Shown here one piece after another: positions 40,489 through 50,609 of a stretch of DNA of 64,000 nucleotides; the first letter of the stretch is position 1; each line of letters begins with the position of its first letter. Position numbers and translations under genes: made by a program. Source of the DNA: an uncultured Thiotrichales bacterium (GTDB lineage: Bacteria > Pseudomonadota > Gammaproteobacteria > UBA4575). The notes below the pieces were generated by a model. It was not told where the DNA came from and ran no database searches. It saw nothing but the letters and a program-made list of their open reading frames with translations. The stretch lies in assembly GCA_964486815.1 (NCBI GenBank), contig CAZAOO010000004.1, forward strand, positions 75,371-139,370, given 5' to 3'.

Positions 40489-41859
40489 ATGAGTGTTACG
40501 GTCAAAAGAGCTGTAACCATATTAGTAGCGGCGATGCTATTAATTCTTATAACAGTTCTAATTGTCATGACAATTAGACCAATTTCTCTGCCATTCCTAT
40601 CAAATTATATTGAAAATCAGTTAGAAACCCATCTCCACACATACTATATAGATTTTTATGATGCTCGAGCTCGTTGGCGACCTCTCAAAGGCACCTTAGA
40701 ATTTCATTTAAATTCAGCTCGTGCACTAGATCATGGTAAAAATGTACTTGTTTCAATCCCAAAAGTTTTAGCTGAAGTGAGAACAGAGTCTATCTTTAAT
40801 AAACATTTAATTCTTCAACACTTAGAATTTCAAGAACCTAGAATTAGTTTTACACGTACTACTGATGGTTCATTAAAATTTGACATTGGTAGTAGCGATG
40901 ACGGGTCCTCAGGAAAGATATTGGAAACCATTCTTATTAATATGGATACCACACCAACATTGCCTTCATCAACTAATGAATCGGTTACCGATCTTCGTAT
41001 TGTTAATTCCGACCTCACCATTAGCGATGAAATTACGGGTTCGTTATTACATGCGCCCAACGCAAATATTACCTTAATAGCTAAAAATGAAGGTATTGGA
41101 TGTGCATATGACTTTAATGTTTTTGCGCGAGGAGAATATTTACATTTATCTGGGGACTGTTTGTATAAAACTGCTACTGAAGAATTCGATCTATCAGTAA
41201 ATCTCGATGAAATTCGACCTGCTTTGCTTACTGAAATTTCACCACAATTCTTTTATCTTACTCCATTAGAAGTAAGACTATCTGGAGAAGTACGATTAGA
41301 GTTAGACAAGTTTCTTACAGTTAAAAAAGCAGAGTTCGACCTTACAAGTGGAAATGGTTCATTAGAAATTATTGACTATTTTGGCAAAAATCTAGATATA
41401 AATGCATTTCATATAGCTGGGAAAACATTAAATAATTTTTCGCATATTGAATTTGATAATGTAATGGTACAGTTGGATAAAGCAAAAGCTGAGGCAAGTG
41501 GTCTCTTCTTAATTGATAAAGAAAACTTGGATTTCAAATTAAATGCTTTTATTTCAGGCACACTAATAACAAACCTTCTTCCCCGTTGGTTTTCCTATTT
41601 AGAAACAGATAATTTGGACTGCATAAGCTCATTATCATCAAATAATCTTAAACGATCATCATTAACTATAGATGGTATATATAATCTTAAACAAAATCAG
41701 ATAAATGCCATTGGGAAAATATCTTGCTTAGATCAAAGATTAGCAGACGATGACATTAATCACTCAATAACCAAATATTTAGAAACTAAAATTAACAGCA
41801 CGCAAAAATTTAGTGTAGACGGAACTTTTGAATCGCCCAATTTGAAAACAATTCAATAA
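40489..41859 (+). CDS. AsmA-like/DUF3971-like membrane-anchored protein (possibly a truncated member of the YhdP/AsmA family)
   Basis: N-terminal signal-anchor (VTILVAAMLLILITVLIVMTI) followed by a long beta-rich, Ser/Thr/Asn/Asp-rich region typical of AsmA-like proteins. Confidence 0.35.
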   Translation: MSVTVKRAVTILVAAMLLILITVLIVMTIRPISLPFLSNYIENQLETHLHTYYIDFYDARARWRPLKGTLEFHLNSARALDHGKNVLVSIPKVLAEVRTESIFNKHLILQHLEFQEPRISFTRTTDGSLKFDIGSSDDGSSGKILETILINMDTTPTLPSSTNESVTDLRIVNSDLTISDEITGSLLHAPNANITLIAKNEGIGCAYDFNVFARGEYLHLSGDCLYKTATEEFDLSVNLDEIRPALLTEISPQFFYLTPLEVRLSGEVRLELDKFLTVKKAEFDLTSGNGSLEIIDYFGKNLDINAFHIAGKTLNNFSHIEFDNVMVQLDKAKAEASGLFLIDKENLDFKLNAFISGTLITNLLPRWFSYLETDNLDCISSLSSNNLKRSSLTIDGIYNLKQNQINAIGKISCLDQRLADDDINHSITKYLETKINSTQKFSVDGTFESPNLKTIQ

Positions 41860-42120
41860 AATATGTTTATAATTATATACCTTGCATAAATGATTAATGA
41901 GGTATTGAATGATTAAGCGCTGAGCACAGTAACGCTGTGTCACAGTAATGTTTATAAGTATTTAACTTACCATCTTTCGCTGTCCATAAATGAACCGTTT
42001 GCACTTCTAAATCCTGGCCAGATACTGTGGCTTTGGTTCGGTAAACCTTGCACAATTATATTTTCACCATCTACACTTCTGAAAGTTCCCCTCTACTGTT
42101 TACAAGCTTATAATAACGTT

Positions 42121-42368
42121 CTGCTTACTGTTTTATATTTTTACTCATGTATTTATATCCTCCCCATCAAAATACAGGTTTATTGATGTAACTCTAGGTG
42201 ATTTAACAAAACATATTTACGTCAAACACCATTAGTAGAATTAATAATTATGCATAGCCATAAGTATGTATAAAATATATTTATTCTTAATAGTTAATTG
42301 ATTAAGTAGTGCAATATTAAGGAAATAAACGAGTTATGACGTAAGAATATTCATTTAACTTGAATACC
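42121..42368. repeat. Direct repeat copy D (~250 bp), downstream flank of the ABC/DMFase-like operon; a degenerate copy of 50610-50956
   Basis: Aligns over its length with 50610-50956 in the same orientation (ctgcttactgttttatattttTACTCATGTaTTTATATCCtCCCC...CAGGTTTATTGATGT...gccataagtat...gacgtaagaatattcatttaact). Confidence 0.6.
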
Positions 42369-42394
42369 TTCTAAATACAAATCAATTACATTTA

Positions 42395-44716
42395 TTATCT
42401 CCACTGTTTTTCTTCAAGCGTCCAGCTTCCCCCTGGAAGTTCACCATCCTTAATAAAATTATCGACAACATTTTTAAGCAAGCTTGAAGCGCCATTTTTA
42501 TAATCATTTGCAGGCAAAGCTGATCCAAAAGCAATTGAGCCTGTGCTAAACACAGCACCATTATTGGGTGCTGTAAAATAAGTTATATCTGCGCGTACAC
42601 GATAATCTAAGCTACCAACTAAGCCTGCATAGGCATACAAAAGCTCTTCCGTTACTACCACATAGTTATCACTATGCCCTCCCGATGAGGCAATAATTTT
42701 AGTATGCGGCGGCGTACCTAATGAGAGATCGTAGCGATCTAGCTCAATTCCCGCAGCACCACCATAAGCTAAACCTTCATCACCAAAAACCTCATCCTCA
42801 ATTCCTTCTGTGAGCCAAGAAACGGTTCGATGATAGCTATCAGGCATTTTCCTAAAAGGTGCACTAGTTTCAAATCCTTCTGCAATAAAACCTACGCCGG
42901 TAAGTTTTTGCGGTGCACGCCCACGTGTTCTCCACAAACCACTCTTCTCACCTGTGGTTTGCAAATAGTGTTCACCAGCTTTTGCCGCCCAAGCACGCAT
43001 ACCTGAATCTAATTTTCTAACTTCCATACACCAAGGTTCATCCTCATTAAAACCGATACACCAGTAATAACCATTGCCACCCATATATATGAGTCGCCCA
43101 CCTTGAGCTACAAAGTCTTCTTGTGCATCTAACATCCGTTCCGAAACATATTCTGGATGTGTGCCAGTCATTACACAGTTATAAGGTTCTAATGCACTTA
43201 ATTCTTCCTGATGTAAATCTTCATCAGTAATAATGTCATAGTCATAACCACTCGCTTCAAGCCAAGCTATAATGGAAAGATCAGCAGGAAATTGCCACGG
43301 CACATTCATACTTGATATGCGATATTTCGGTCGCATATTTACGATGGGCCTCTTATAGGAACTGAATGACACACCCGCACCATCCTCATAACTGTCGTAC
43401 GTTGACAATCCAAATTCACCATTTTTATAAATTTCAATATCGACATCACTGATTACAGGTGGTTGCCCTGTCATAGGTTGTATTATTTGTGCATCAAAAC
43501 TTAATTTTTCATTTGCATAGGCAAGATAACTAGCAGTAGGAACCAAAAAACATAATTTAGATGTAGGTTTAGCTGGTCTTACAAAAAAGACTACATATTC
43601 TTCACCCAACCCATTACCACTACCTGCAGTTAAACGAAATGCATATACTCCACTTTTTAAATTTTCCGGGACCTGCATAGATTTAGTTACTTCCCAATTA
43701 CAATCTGTAACTGACTCAGGGTGGAACTCAATACCTCCATACTCATACGGTGCCAGCCTGAAACAATCATTTTTCCCTGACCAATTCCAACCTGTTAAAC
43801 CTCGTACAGGATGATTTACACCAACTGCATTAAGTTTATGGGGACCAATATCGACAACCGTGTTACCGATACCATTTTCCGTATAGCCTTCCGTTGTATC
43901 CCAGTACGCTAAGATAGAGTTTTTGGGTGGCAATTCGCCGGAACAAACTTTGTCTAATTCATCACGTGAAAGAGCTCGATTACAAATACCCGGGCGATCA
44001 ATTTTTCCGAAATACATGTCGTTAACAAAATTACCTCTTAATTCATGAAAATCTAATGCTCCTGCAATCATGAAAGGAACATCTTGTCTGTTTTTTTGTT
44101 TGAACCTAAGGGTAGTTTGCATGTGCGAGCTAAAATCATATGGCGTAACCTTTCCAATTAACGAGTTATAGCGATTCATAACTCCCTCTTGAAAAAGAGT
44201 TACTTTACCGCTACTAGGATCAAAACTTGCAGCTACGAAATACCAGACTTTATCTACTAGTGGTAATTCAGAAGCAATATAGTCAATCTCTGCGCCATCA
44301 CCCACCCAAAATTCGAGATGACCTTGCGGATTTATACCGATTCCATAACCCTCATTGGTGCGCGCATCTACTCGCCCTAATAGAGTTTGGCGTAAACCTT
44401 TTTTAGAGATGGTTGGCCAGATATAACAGAATATAGTGAAACTTCCTTCAACACATAGATGCTGATTTGGATCATCAACAACCAAATGCGAGCCTAACTG
44501 AGTGAACTGTTTTTTAACATCCCATTCCCCATTCACTGGACATTCAACTTCTTCTTCAACAAAACCTGGGCCGTCTACATGCTCGTCACCATGTATAAGG
44601 CGTACAAGTTGGGCATCTGCTGTTTTTGTTCCATCTGCATTTACATGAATATCAATATCCTCACCTTGTTTAACAGATATTTTATTCGTATATCCAAATA
44701 TTTTAATTTCAGCCAT
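42395..44716 (-). CDS. DMFase large-subunit paralogue (N,N-dimethylformamidase beta-subunit-like amidohydrolase), substrate unknown
   Basis: 773 aa. Clearly homologous to the ORF at 35564 along its whole length (MAEIKIFGYTNKISVKQGEDIDIHVNADG...LIHGDEHVDGPGFVEEEV vs MRLTGYADKFGVHPGDTIKFHVNCDG...MIHGDTNPRGPGFIEKKV). It is the last gene of an ABC-importer operon. Confidence 0.7.
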   Translation of the reverse strand: MAEIKIFGYTNKISVKQGEDIDIHVNADGTKTADAQLVRLIHGDEHVDGPGFVEEEVECPVNGEWDVKKQFTQLGSHLVVDDPNQHLCVEGSFTIFCYIWPTISKKGLRQTLLGRVDARTNEGYGIGINPQGHLEFWVGDGAEIDYIASELPLVDKVWYFVAASFDPSSGKVTLFQEGVMNRYNSLIGKVTPYDFSSHMQTTLRFKQKNRQDVPFMIAGALDFHELRGNFVNDMYFGKIDRPGICNRALSRDELDKVCSGELPPKNSILAYWDTTEGYTENGIGNTVVDIGPHKLNAVGVNHPVRGLTGWNWSGKNDCFRLAPYEYGGIEFHPESVTDCNWEVTKSMQVPENLKSGVYAFRLTAGSGNGLGEEYVVFFVRPAKPTSKLCFLVPTASYLAYANEKLSFDAQIIQPMTGQPPVISDVDIEIYKNGEFGLSTYDSYEDGAGVSFSSYKRPIVNMRPKYRISSMNVPWQFPADLSIIAWLEASGYDYDIITDEDLHQEELSALEPYNCVMTGTHPEYVSERMLDAQEDFVAQGGRLIYMGGNGYYWCIGFNEDEPWCMEVRKLDSGMRAWAAKAGEHYLQTTGEKSGLWRTRGRAPQKLTGVGFIAEGFETSAPFRKMPDSYHRTVSWLTEGIEDEVFGDEGLAYGGAAGIELDRYDLSLGTPPHTKIIASSGGHSDNYVVVTEELLYAYAGLVGSLDYRVRADITYFTAPNNGAVFSTGSIAFGSALPANDYKNGASSLLKNVVDNFIKDGELPGGSWTLEEKQWR

Positions 44717-44754
44717 TTTTTATTATTCCCAGATTAAATAGTTATCCATTAAAT

Positions 44755-45096
44755 TTAGGATTCCATTAGATCACTAATTCTTTTCAAAAATACCCCGTGG
44801 TAAGCATCTTCAATTGTTTTAAATTCCTTGCCTTCAACAATACGAGGAAGCTCACCTCTCACACCTGAAAGTGCAATGATTTTGAATGAACTAGTTTTAT
44901 TGTCGCGCTTAATCGCATATTTATTTTTTTGTGGTGCACTACAAAAATAATGCAACAATCTCGAAAGAGGTTCACTGTGCTGCCCATGAGAGTTGTTTTC
45001 ATGCTCTTGTATGACATCTTGGCAGACTAAAGTTTTTAGAAATTCGCTTTGTTTTTTATCGAAATATTCACGATAAAAAATATCTTTATCCTTCAC
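44755..45096 (-). CDS. DMFase small-subunit-like protein (free-standing)
   Basis: 113 aa with an apparent GTG start. ~60% identical to the C-terminal 115 aa of the permease encoded immediately upstream. Homologous to DmfA1 at 35061. Confidence 0.55.
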   Translation of the reverse strand: MKDKDIFYREYFDKKQSEFLKTLVCQDVIQEHENNSHGQHSEPLSRLLHYFCSAPQKNKYAIKRDNKTSSFKIIALSGVRGELPRIVEGKEFKTIEDAYHGVFLKRISDLMES

Positions 45097-45148
45097 TTCA
45101 ATTTCTTCTTCAATGGATATGGATTAATATTATTATTAATTATTCTTA

Positions 45149-46798
45149 CTATGATTCCAGCAAATCGTATACACGTCTTACAAAAACACCATGGTAAGCA
45201 TCTTCGATAGTTTTGTATTCTTTATCTTCGACTAATCGTGGAGACATTCCTCTTACCCCCGAGAACGCTACAATCTTAAATGTATTTGAAATTCCATCGC
45301 GTTTAATTGCATATTTATCATTTTGAGGAACACGACGAAAATAAAGTAATATTCTTTCTAGTGCTTCACTATGTTGTCCTAGAGGTTTACTTTTATGTTC
45401 ATTTATTACTTCATCACACACTAGATTTTTTAAATAATCTCTTTGCATCTTGTCGAAACGCCGATGGTATATATGATCTTTATCGCAGATCTCCGTCGCC
45501 TCTTCTGGTAAGACATCACCACCTTTTTCAGCGCGAGCCGACCGCCACTCCCCTTTCTTTTTATCACGCCAAGCACGAAATTGTTGTTTCATGCCAAATA
45601 GACCTTTGTTTAAAAATAACACAACGAACAGCATTAATAGTCCTATCATAACGTGTCTTACAGGCCCTAAAGTAATCAAAACTTTATCCAATATAACTAC
45701 AATCAGTGTGCCAATAATTGCACCTTCTGCTTTCCCGATACCACCAATGGTAAGCATAGCCAAGCCAAGCAAAAGAGTATCAAAACTAAATATTGAAAAA
45801 GCTACTCCTCTGTAATGTGCAGCATAAAAACCACCAATGAATCCAAGCGCTACTGAAGAAACAAGAAATACGGTTATTCTTGCCTGCTTATAATTCACAC
45901 CAGTAGCTTCAGCAAACGCTTCTCTTTTCTCGGGTGCCATTTTTAACAGTCGACCAAGACGTTTACCATCTACAAATCTAAACAAAAAAAGTGCAGCAAT
46001 TAATAATGCAAAAGCTCCATAGTATGAGACCAGTGATTGCATTAATGGTGGCCAATCAGAATTTATGTACGTTGAGGCACCATATAAACCTCCTGAAGCA
46101 GAACCAAATTCTTTTGAGGTAACCATATAAACTCTACAAAGCTCATTTAAACCTAAAGTCAACAATGCATAGTAAAATCCATCTAAACGCATTGCCGGTA
46201 ATGCAATGATCCCACCAAAAATAAATCCGATAGCCATTCCAATTAAGGGTAATGACCACCACGGATAGCCTAAATTTATCGATAACCAAGAAGTACAAAA
46301 TGCTGCCACACCAACTACTGCATAGGTGGCAAGTGAAAAAATACTCGCCGTACCAATCACTAATGTCCAACATACATTTATCGCAGCAAATATTCCAAAC
46401 ACCGCTCCTGCCGTAAGAAGTGTGTTCTGCATACTTTCAGGAAAGAAAAGAGGTGCTAAAGCTAATGCTGTTAAACCTATTACCCAATAAATAGGGCGTT
46501 TATCCACAATTAGTTTTTGAGCTTTAAGAGACTTTATATTGTAATAGCCTCGTACATGTAACAAGGTTCTTCTAGTTGGCCACCACCTCAATCTTTTCCA
46601 AAGACGTTCCCCATGATTTTTCCATTTATATATATATTTAAACCGACCTACTTTATAGAGAGGCACGTTATAAGTTTTATTTTTATCCCAAATTGATCCA
46701 GGATCCTCTACTTTTATTGAAGGAACTTCATAATTTCCACCTTTATCTCCCCAAACCGATAGTGGATTCTTCCAGGTATACTTTTTAGTATTGCTCAT
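45149..46798 (-). CDS. ABC permease (LivM/UrtC-type) fused to a C-terminal DMFase small-subunit-like domain
   Basis: 549 aa. Residues ~100-410 form a LivM-family polytopic permease. Residues ~430-549 (…HIYHRRFDKMQRDYLKNLVCDEVINEHKSKPLGQHSEALERILLYF…KIVAFSGVRGMSPRLVEDKEYKTIEDAYHGVFVRRVYDLLES) repeat the sequence of the next gene. The start overlaps the upstream permease stop (ATGA). Confidence 0.7.
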   Translation of the reverse strand: MSNTKKYTWKNPLSVWGDKGGNYEVPSIKVEDPGSIWDKNKTYNVPLYKVGRFKYIYKWKNHGERLWKRLRWWPTRRTLLHVRGYYNIKSLKAQKLIVDKRPIYWVIGLTALALAPLFFPESMQNTLLTAGAVFGIFAAINVCWTLVIGTASIFSLATYAVVGVAAFCTSWLSINLGYPWWSLPLIGMAIGFIFGGIIALPAMRLDGFYYALLTLGLNELCRVYMVTSKEFGSASGGLYGASTYINSDWPPLMQSLVSYYGAFALLIAALFLFRFVDGKRLGRLLKMAPEKREAFAEATGVNYKQARITVFLVSSVALGFIGGFYAAHYRGVAFSIFSFDTLLLGLAMLTIGGIGKAEGAIIGTLIVVILDKVLITLGPVRHVMIGLLMLFVVLFLNKGLFGMKQQFRAWRDKKKGEWRSARAEKGGDVLPEEATEICDKDHIYHRRFDKMQRDYLKNLVCDEVINEHKSKPLGQHSEALERILLYFRRVPQNDKYAIKRDGISNTFKIVAFSGVRGMSPRLVEDKEYKTIEDAYHGVFVRRVYDLLES

Positions 46799-47676
46799 TG
46801 CTCACGCGCCTTATCCAAAAGACCCGCAATACCTCTTGGTCTGATAATTAATATTGTAATAATCACAAGAAACTGTGTGATCAACACATATTGCCCACCT
46901 AATAACCTCGATGTAAGCGCTTCAGTCAGACCAAGAATGATGGCAGCAATTACAGCACCTTGAACACTTCCGAGACCACCGCATAACGCTATGCTCACAC
47001 CTTTGATTAATGGAGTTAAACCGCTAAAGGGTGATATATAATAAGTCTGAGACAGAAGCACAGCCGAAAGACCCGCCATACCTCCAGTAATTGCCATTAC
47101 ATAAAAGCCTGTTTTCCTTATCCCAATACCAACAATAGATGCGGCATGAGGGTTCATCATCATGGCTCGTATTTCTAAACCGCGTCTACTGGACTTCATC
47201 CATAGCACAACAAATATCAACATCAATATGGAACAGACTATTATTCCAATTTTATCAGAGGTTAAAACGGTGTTACCTATAGAGACTTTCCAATAACCAA
47301 ATACTTCAGGCAGTGCTTTATTTTTTGGACCAAAATACCAAAGCAAACCCTGTGAGCCAATTAAGCTAATCGCCAGTGTTCCAATCATGCCCCTAATGGT
47401 AAAATTTGGCTTGTCATGTAGCGGTATAAAAACCAACATACAAATGATAATCCCTCCAAGTGCTCCAATTAATATTCCAGCAGCAATCACTACGACTGGA
47501 TGATCAGAAATCATTCGCGCTGCTAAGTAAGCACCATATCCTGCAAATGAAAAAATAAATCCATAACTTAGATTCAGCAACCCCAAACTTGACCAAGTAA
47601 TAGAGACCGCTACGGCTATAAGGCCATAAATACAAGCTACTATAGTTGCATTAATTAATATGAAACTTATATCCAA
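46795..47676 (-). CDS. ABC permease (LivH/UrtB-type)
   Basis: 293 aa polytopic LivH-family permease. Confidence 0.85.
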   Translation of the reverse strand: MDISFILINATIVACIYGLIAVAVSITWSSLGLLNLSYGFIFSFAGYGAYLAARMISDHPVVVIAAGILIGALGGIIICMLVFIPLHDKPNFTIRGMIGTLAISLIGSQGLLWYFGPKNKALPEVFGYWKVSIGNTVLTSDKIGIIVCSILMLIFVVLWMKSSRRGLEIRAMMMNPHAASIVGIGIRKTGFYVMAITGGMAGLSAVLLSQTYYISPFSGLTPLIKGVSIALCGGLGSVQGAVIAAIILGLTEALTSRLLGGQYVLITQFLVIITILIIRPRGIAGLLDKAREQ

Positions 47677-47706
47677 ATCAAACCCACCTTAAATACTATT
47701 TACGGA

Positions 47707-48414
47707 CTACTTTAATTGCATTGACAAAGCAGAAGTTGCTTCACCTTTTAATTTTCCAGCATGCATTCCAATAACACGATCTACATTGCCTTCTAATAGA
47801 GCAACGTTTTGTTCAGCGATAATCATTGCTGAATTACTTAATTCTATTTTCAATAGCGCTTCCATTACACCCTTGCCAATTTTTGGTGCCAATCCCAACG
47901 ATGGTTCATCTGCAAGATAAAGTTTTGCATCCATCATCAACCCTCTTCCTATAGAAACCATTCTTCGTTCACCACCAGACAATCTTGCAACAGGTGTTTT
48001 TAATAATTTTTTTAATGGTTCAAACAAATCTAAAACTTGTTCTTTTCTTTGTTTTCGATTTTTCCAAGCTTGTTTTGTGAAAGCACCACTGTCTAGATGC
48101 TCTTCAACTGTTAGACCATGAAATATTTCATCTCCTTGGGGCATAATAGCGAGTCCTTGCCTAACAATATGATGCGTATAACGCCCCGGCCCTTGACTTC
48201 GCGTTCTACCAATTTGATTTCCATTAAATAAAATTGAGCCACGTTGCCAACCGGTTAGTCCCGCAATACCATAAAACAGTGTGGTTTTCCCATGGCCATT
48301 TAAACCCACCAATCCAACGCGTTCTCCAGAGCTAACTATTAAATCTAAGTCATGTATTACACGCAATGGGCCATAGCCTGTTGACAATCCCTGAACATTT
48401 AGTATTTCACTCAT
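47707..48414 (-). CDS. ABC transporter ATP-binding protein (LivF/UrtE-type)
   Basis: Walker A GLNGHGKTT, signature LSGGERRMVSIG, Walker B LYLADEPSLG. Confidence 0.85.
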   Translation of the reverse strand: MSEILNVQGLSTGYGPLRVIHDLDLIVSSGERVGLVGLNGHGKTTLFYGIAGLTGWQRGSILFNGNQIGRTRSQGPGRYTHHIVRQGLAIMPQGDEIFHGLTVEEHLDSGAFTKQAWKNRKQRKEQVLDLFEPLKKLLKTPVARLSGGERRMVSIGRGLMMDAKLYLADEPSLGLAPKIGKGVMEALLKIELSNSAMIIAEQNVALLEGNVDRVIGMHAGKLKGEATSALSMQLK

Positions 48415-49142
48415 TAGGCAGTCTCAAAATATGCAGCTTGTACTTTTGGACTGTTAATTATCTCTTTGAGCGAACCCTGTGCGATTACTTCGCCTGCATC
48501 CATGACAACTACTCTGTCAGCAATGGTTTCCAGGAGTTCAATTCTATGTTCTACAATTATTACTGCGATATTCATTTCTTTAGAAAGCATTCTTAGAATC
48601 TCGTCTATCTCATCTATTTCAGAATTGATTAATCCAGCAGCAGGTTCATCCATTAACAACAATTCTGGCTTATGCATGAGAAGATTAGCCAGCAATAGTT
48701 TGCGTCGGTTGAACGTTTTAAGTTGAGTATTAAACACATGTTCGTCCACAACAAAATCAACTAGATCCGCTGCGTATTCCGCATCGAAACGTGTGAGATA
48801 AGGCTTATAAGCTTGCCTTACCGCTTTGAATGTTTCGCCTACAGTAAGGTCTTCGGGAACCACTGGAGTTTGAAATGTTCGACCAATCCCAATTCGCGCA
48901 CGTTGATGAAAGTTCATGCCAGTAATGTTTTTTTGTTTATAAGAAACATTACCAGTTTTTGGCGTGTATCGACCTGAAAGAATTTCAAGCAAGCTAGTTT
49001 TACCTGCACCATTTGGACCAATGATGCCTAATACTTCTCCGGGTTTAATTTCTAAATTAATGTCTCGTAATATCTCTCTACCACCCAAATCGAGGGACAA
49101 GTTCTTGCACGAAAACAAAGGGGCAAAAGTTTGATCATCCAT
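48414..49142 (-). CDS. ABC transporter ATP-binding protein (LivG/UrtD-type)
   Basis: Walker A GPNGAGKTS, Walker B LLLMDEPAAGL. The stop overlaps the next gene's start. Confidence 0.85.
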   Translation of the reverse strand: MDDQTFAPLFSCKNLSLDLGGREILRDINLEIKPGEVLGIIGPNGAGKTSLLEILSGRYTPKTGNVSYKQKNITGMNFHQRARIGIGRTFQTPVVPEDLTVGETFKAVRQAYKPYLTRFDAEYAADLVDFVVDEHVFNTQLKTFNRRKLLLANLLMHKPELLLMDEPAAGLINSEIDEIDEILRMLSKEMNIAVIIVEHRIELLETIADRVVVMDAGEVIAQGSLKEIINSPKVQAAYFETA

Positions 49143-49168
49143 GAAATTCGCCCCACTATTCTTTTACG

Positions 49169-50515
49169 TTACCCCCACCAAGGAGCTGGCTGAAGTTTGG
49201 ATTCTGCTATTGCATTTGGCCAAACAATTTTGTGCTGCACGTCTTGTACTTGCACAAAAAGTTGACCCATACCAGTTTCATGCGAATCTGATTGATTTCC
49301 GAAACCATTGTCTGGATAGTGAAGAGCTTCTTGATATTCATTATCCATGTCCATCATTCCGCACACACCTCTATCTGGATTCGCTCTTACCCAAGCACAA
49401 TTCTTCTTGAAGTCTTCTGGTGTAGTATCCAATGCCTTAGTAGCATTCCACGCTTTCTCAAGATACTTAACGATGTCATAACCATTACCTGTATACACAA
49501 GACCCATGGTATTTCTTTCGTCATCACCAAACTCAGGAAAGCGTTTCAAATATTTTTTCCTAAAATCTTTTCCTTTTTTATCGCCATAAATCCCTAATAC
49601 GGTGCTCCAACAAAAACCTTCTGTTGCACGACCTCCAAGCTCTAAGAACTCAGGCTGTGACGGACCATACTGCAGATAAACGAGTGAATCTTTAACAGGA
49701 TCTGAACTAAATTGTTTACAAAATGCCGCATACTCAGAGGCTACCCAGTGATCAATCATAATTGCACCAGCATCCACTTCTTTAAGTCTTTGCATGACTG
49801 GCGACCAATCATTTACTGGGTATTGAATGTCTGTAACTTCTGCCAATTCAAAATCATATTTTGGAATGGCTTCTTTAGCGGCTTTAAGAATCGTTTGGCA
49901 ATAACCTACTTGTTCAGCAACAATGTGTATTTTTCTATTCTTAGGCTTCCATCCTTGCTCTTTTTCCATTTGTTGAAGCCAAAGCGGATAGGTCCAACCG
50001 TAATTCACTTCAGATGGGTCGGTTTGCAGCACATGGCTGTATTTTTCTGGCTCTGCTTTATATGCCTCAGTTGCATTTCGTTGTGTGTTGCCCTGTAAAT
50101 ATGGACATTTATATTTTGCAGATTCATCCATAGCAGGTATAGGCGCAAACAAAAATGAATTAGAGATCGCATGTACTTTTTTATCTATACATGCGGCAAT
50201 CGCTTGCCTACAACTTTCAGGATTAAGCTTGTCAACATCCGGAACAAATAACTCTAACTCTCTTCCTAATATTCCACCTGCTGCATTAATTTCTTCTTGA
50301 GCTAGAATGGAACCGTTAAGGTGATCTTGATCATCAGCAACACCATAGGGTGTTGACAAGGATGACGGGATACCTAATAAGATTTTATCTGATGCATCTA
50401 CTCGCCTCACCCATGGCGCAGGAAATGCAGAGACCACTGCACCTGCTGCAACTCCTTTTAATATTTTTCGTCTTGTTTGTTGACTTTTATTCAGCTTCTT
50501 CTCTTTTTTTCTCAT
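49169..50515 (-). CDS. Tat-exported periplasmic substrate-binding protein of the Liv/Urt/amide family (divergent from UrtA)
   Basis: 448 aa with twin-arginine motif TRRKILKGVAAGAVV and a type-I PBP fold. It is the first gene of the operon, with a GGAGG RBS. Confidence 0.8.
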   Translation of the reverse strand: MRKKEKKLNKSQQTRRKILKGVAAGAVVSAFPAPWVRRVDASDKILLGIPSSLSTPYGVADDQDHLNGSILAQEEINAAGGILGRELELFVPDVDKLNPESCRQAIAACIDKKVHAISNSFLFAPIPAMDESAKYKCPYLQGNTQRNATEAYKAEPEKYSHVLQTDPSEVNYGWTYPLWLQQMEKEQGWKPKNRKIHIVAEQVGYCQTILKAAKEAIPKYDFELAEVTDIQYPVNDWSPVMQRLKEVDAGAIMIDHWVASEYAAFCKQFSSDPVKDSLVYLQYGPSQPEFLELGGRATEGFCWSTVLGIYGDKKGKDFRKKYLKRFPEFGDDERNTMGLVYTGNGYDIVKYLEKAWNATKALDTTPEDFKKNCAWVRANPDRGVCGMMDMDNEYQEALHYPDNGFGNQSDSHETGMGQLFVQVQDVQHKIVWPNAIAESKLQPAPWWG

Positions 50516-50609
50516 AGTCTCGTCCTCCGAGTGAATATCAAAAATACCGGTTAGATATATTTCATTTTTAAGGATTCAAAAATAGATAGGCGATATTGCG
50601 ACAAGGAAT

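Noticed and set aside
41990-42110. Apparent minus-strand coding remnant (…VDGENIIVQGLPNQSHSIWPGFRSANGSFMDSERW*) just outside the downstream direct repeat, considered as a truncated gene marking an insertion site.
   Set aside because: The frame is closed by a TAG immediately upstream and has no start codon. The 41 codons show no recognisable family similarity. It is indistinguishable from chance in AT-rich DNA.
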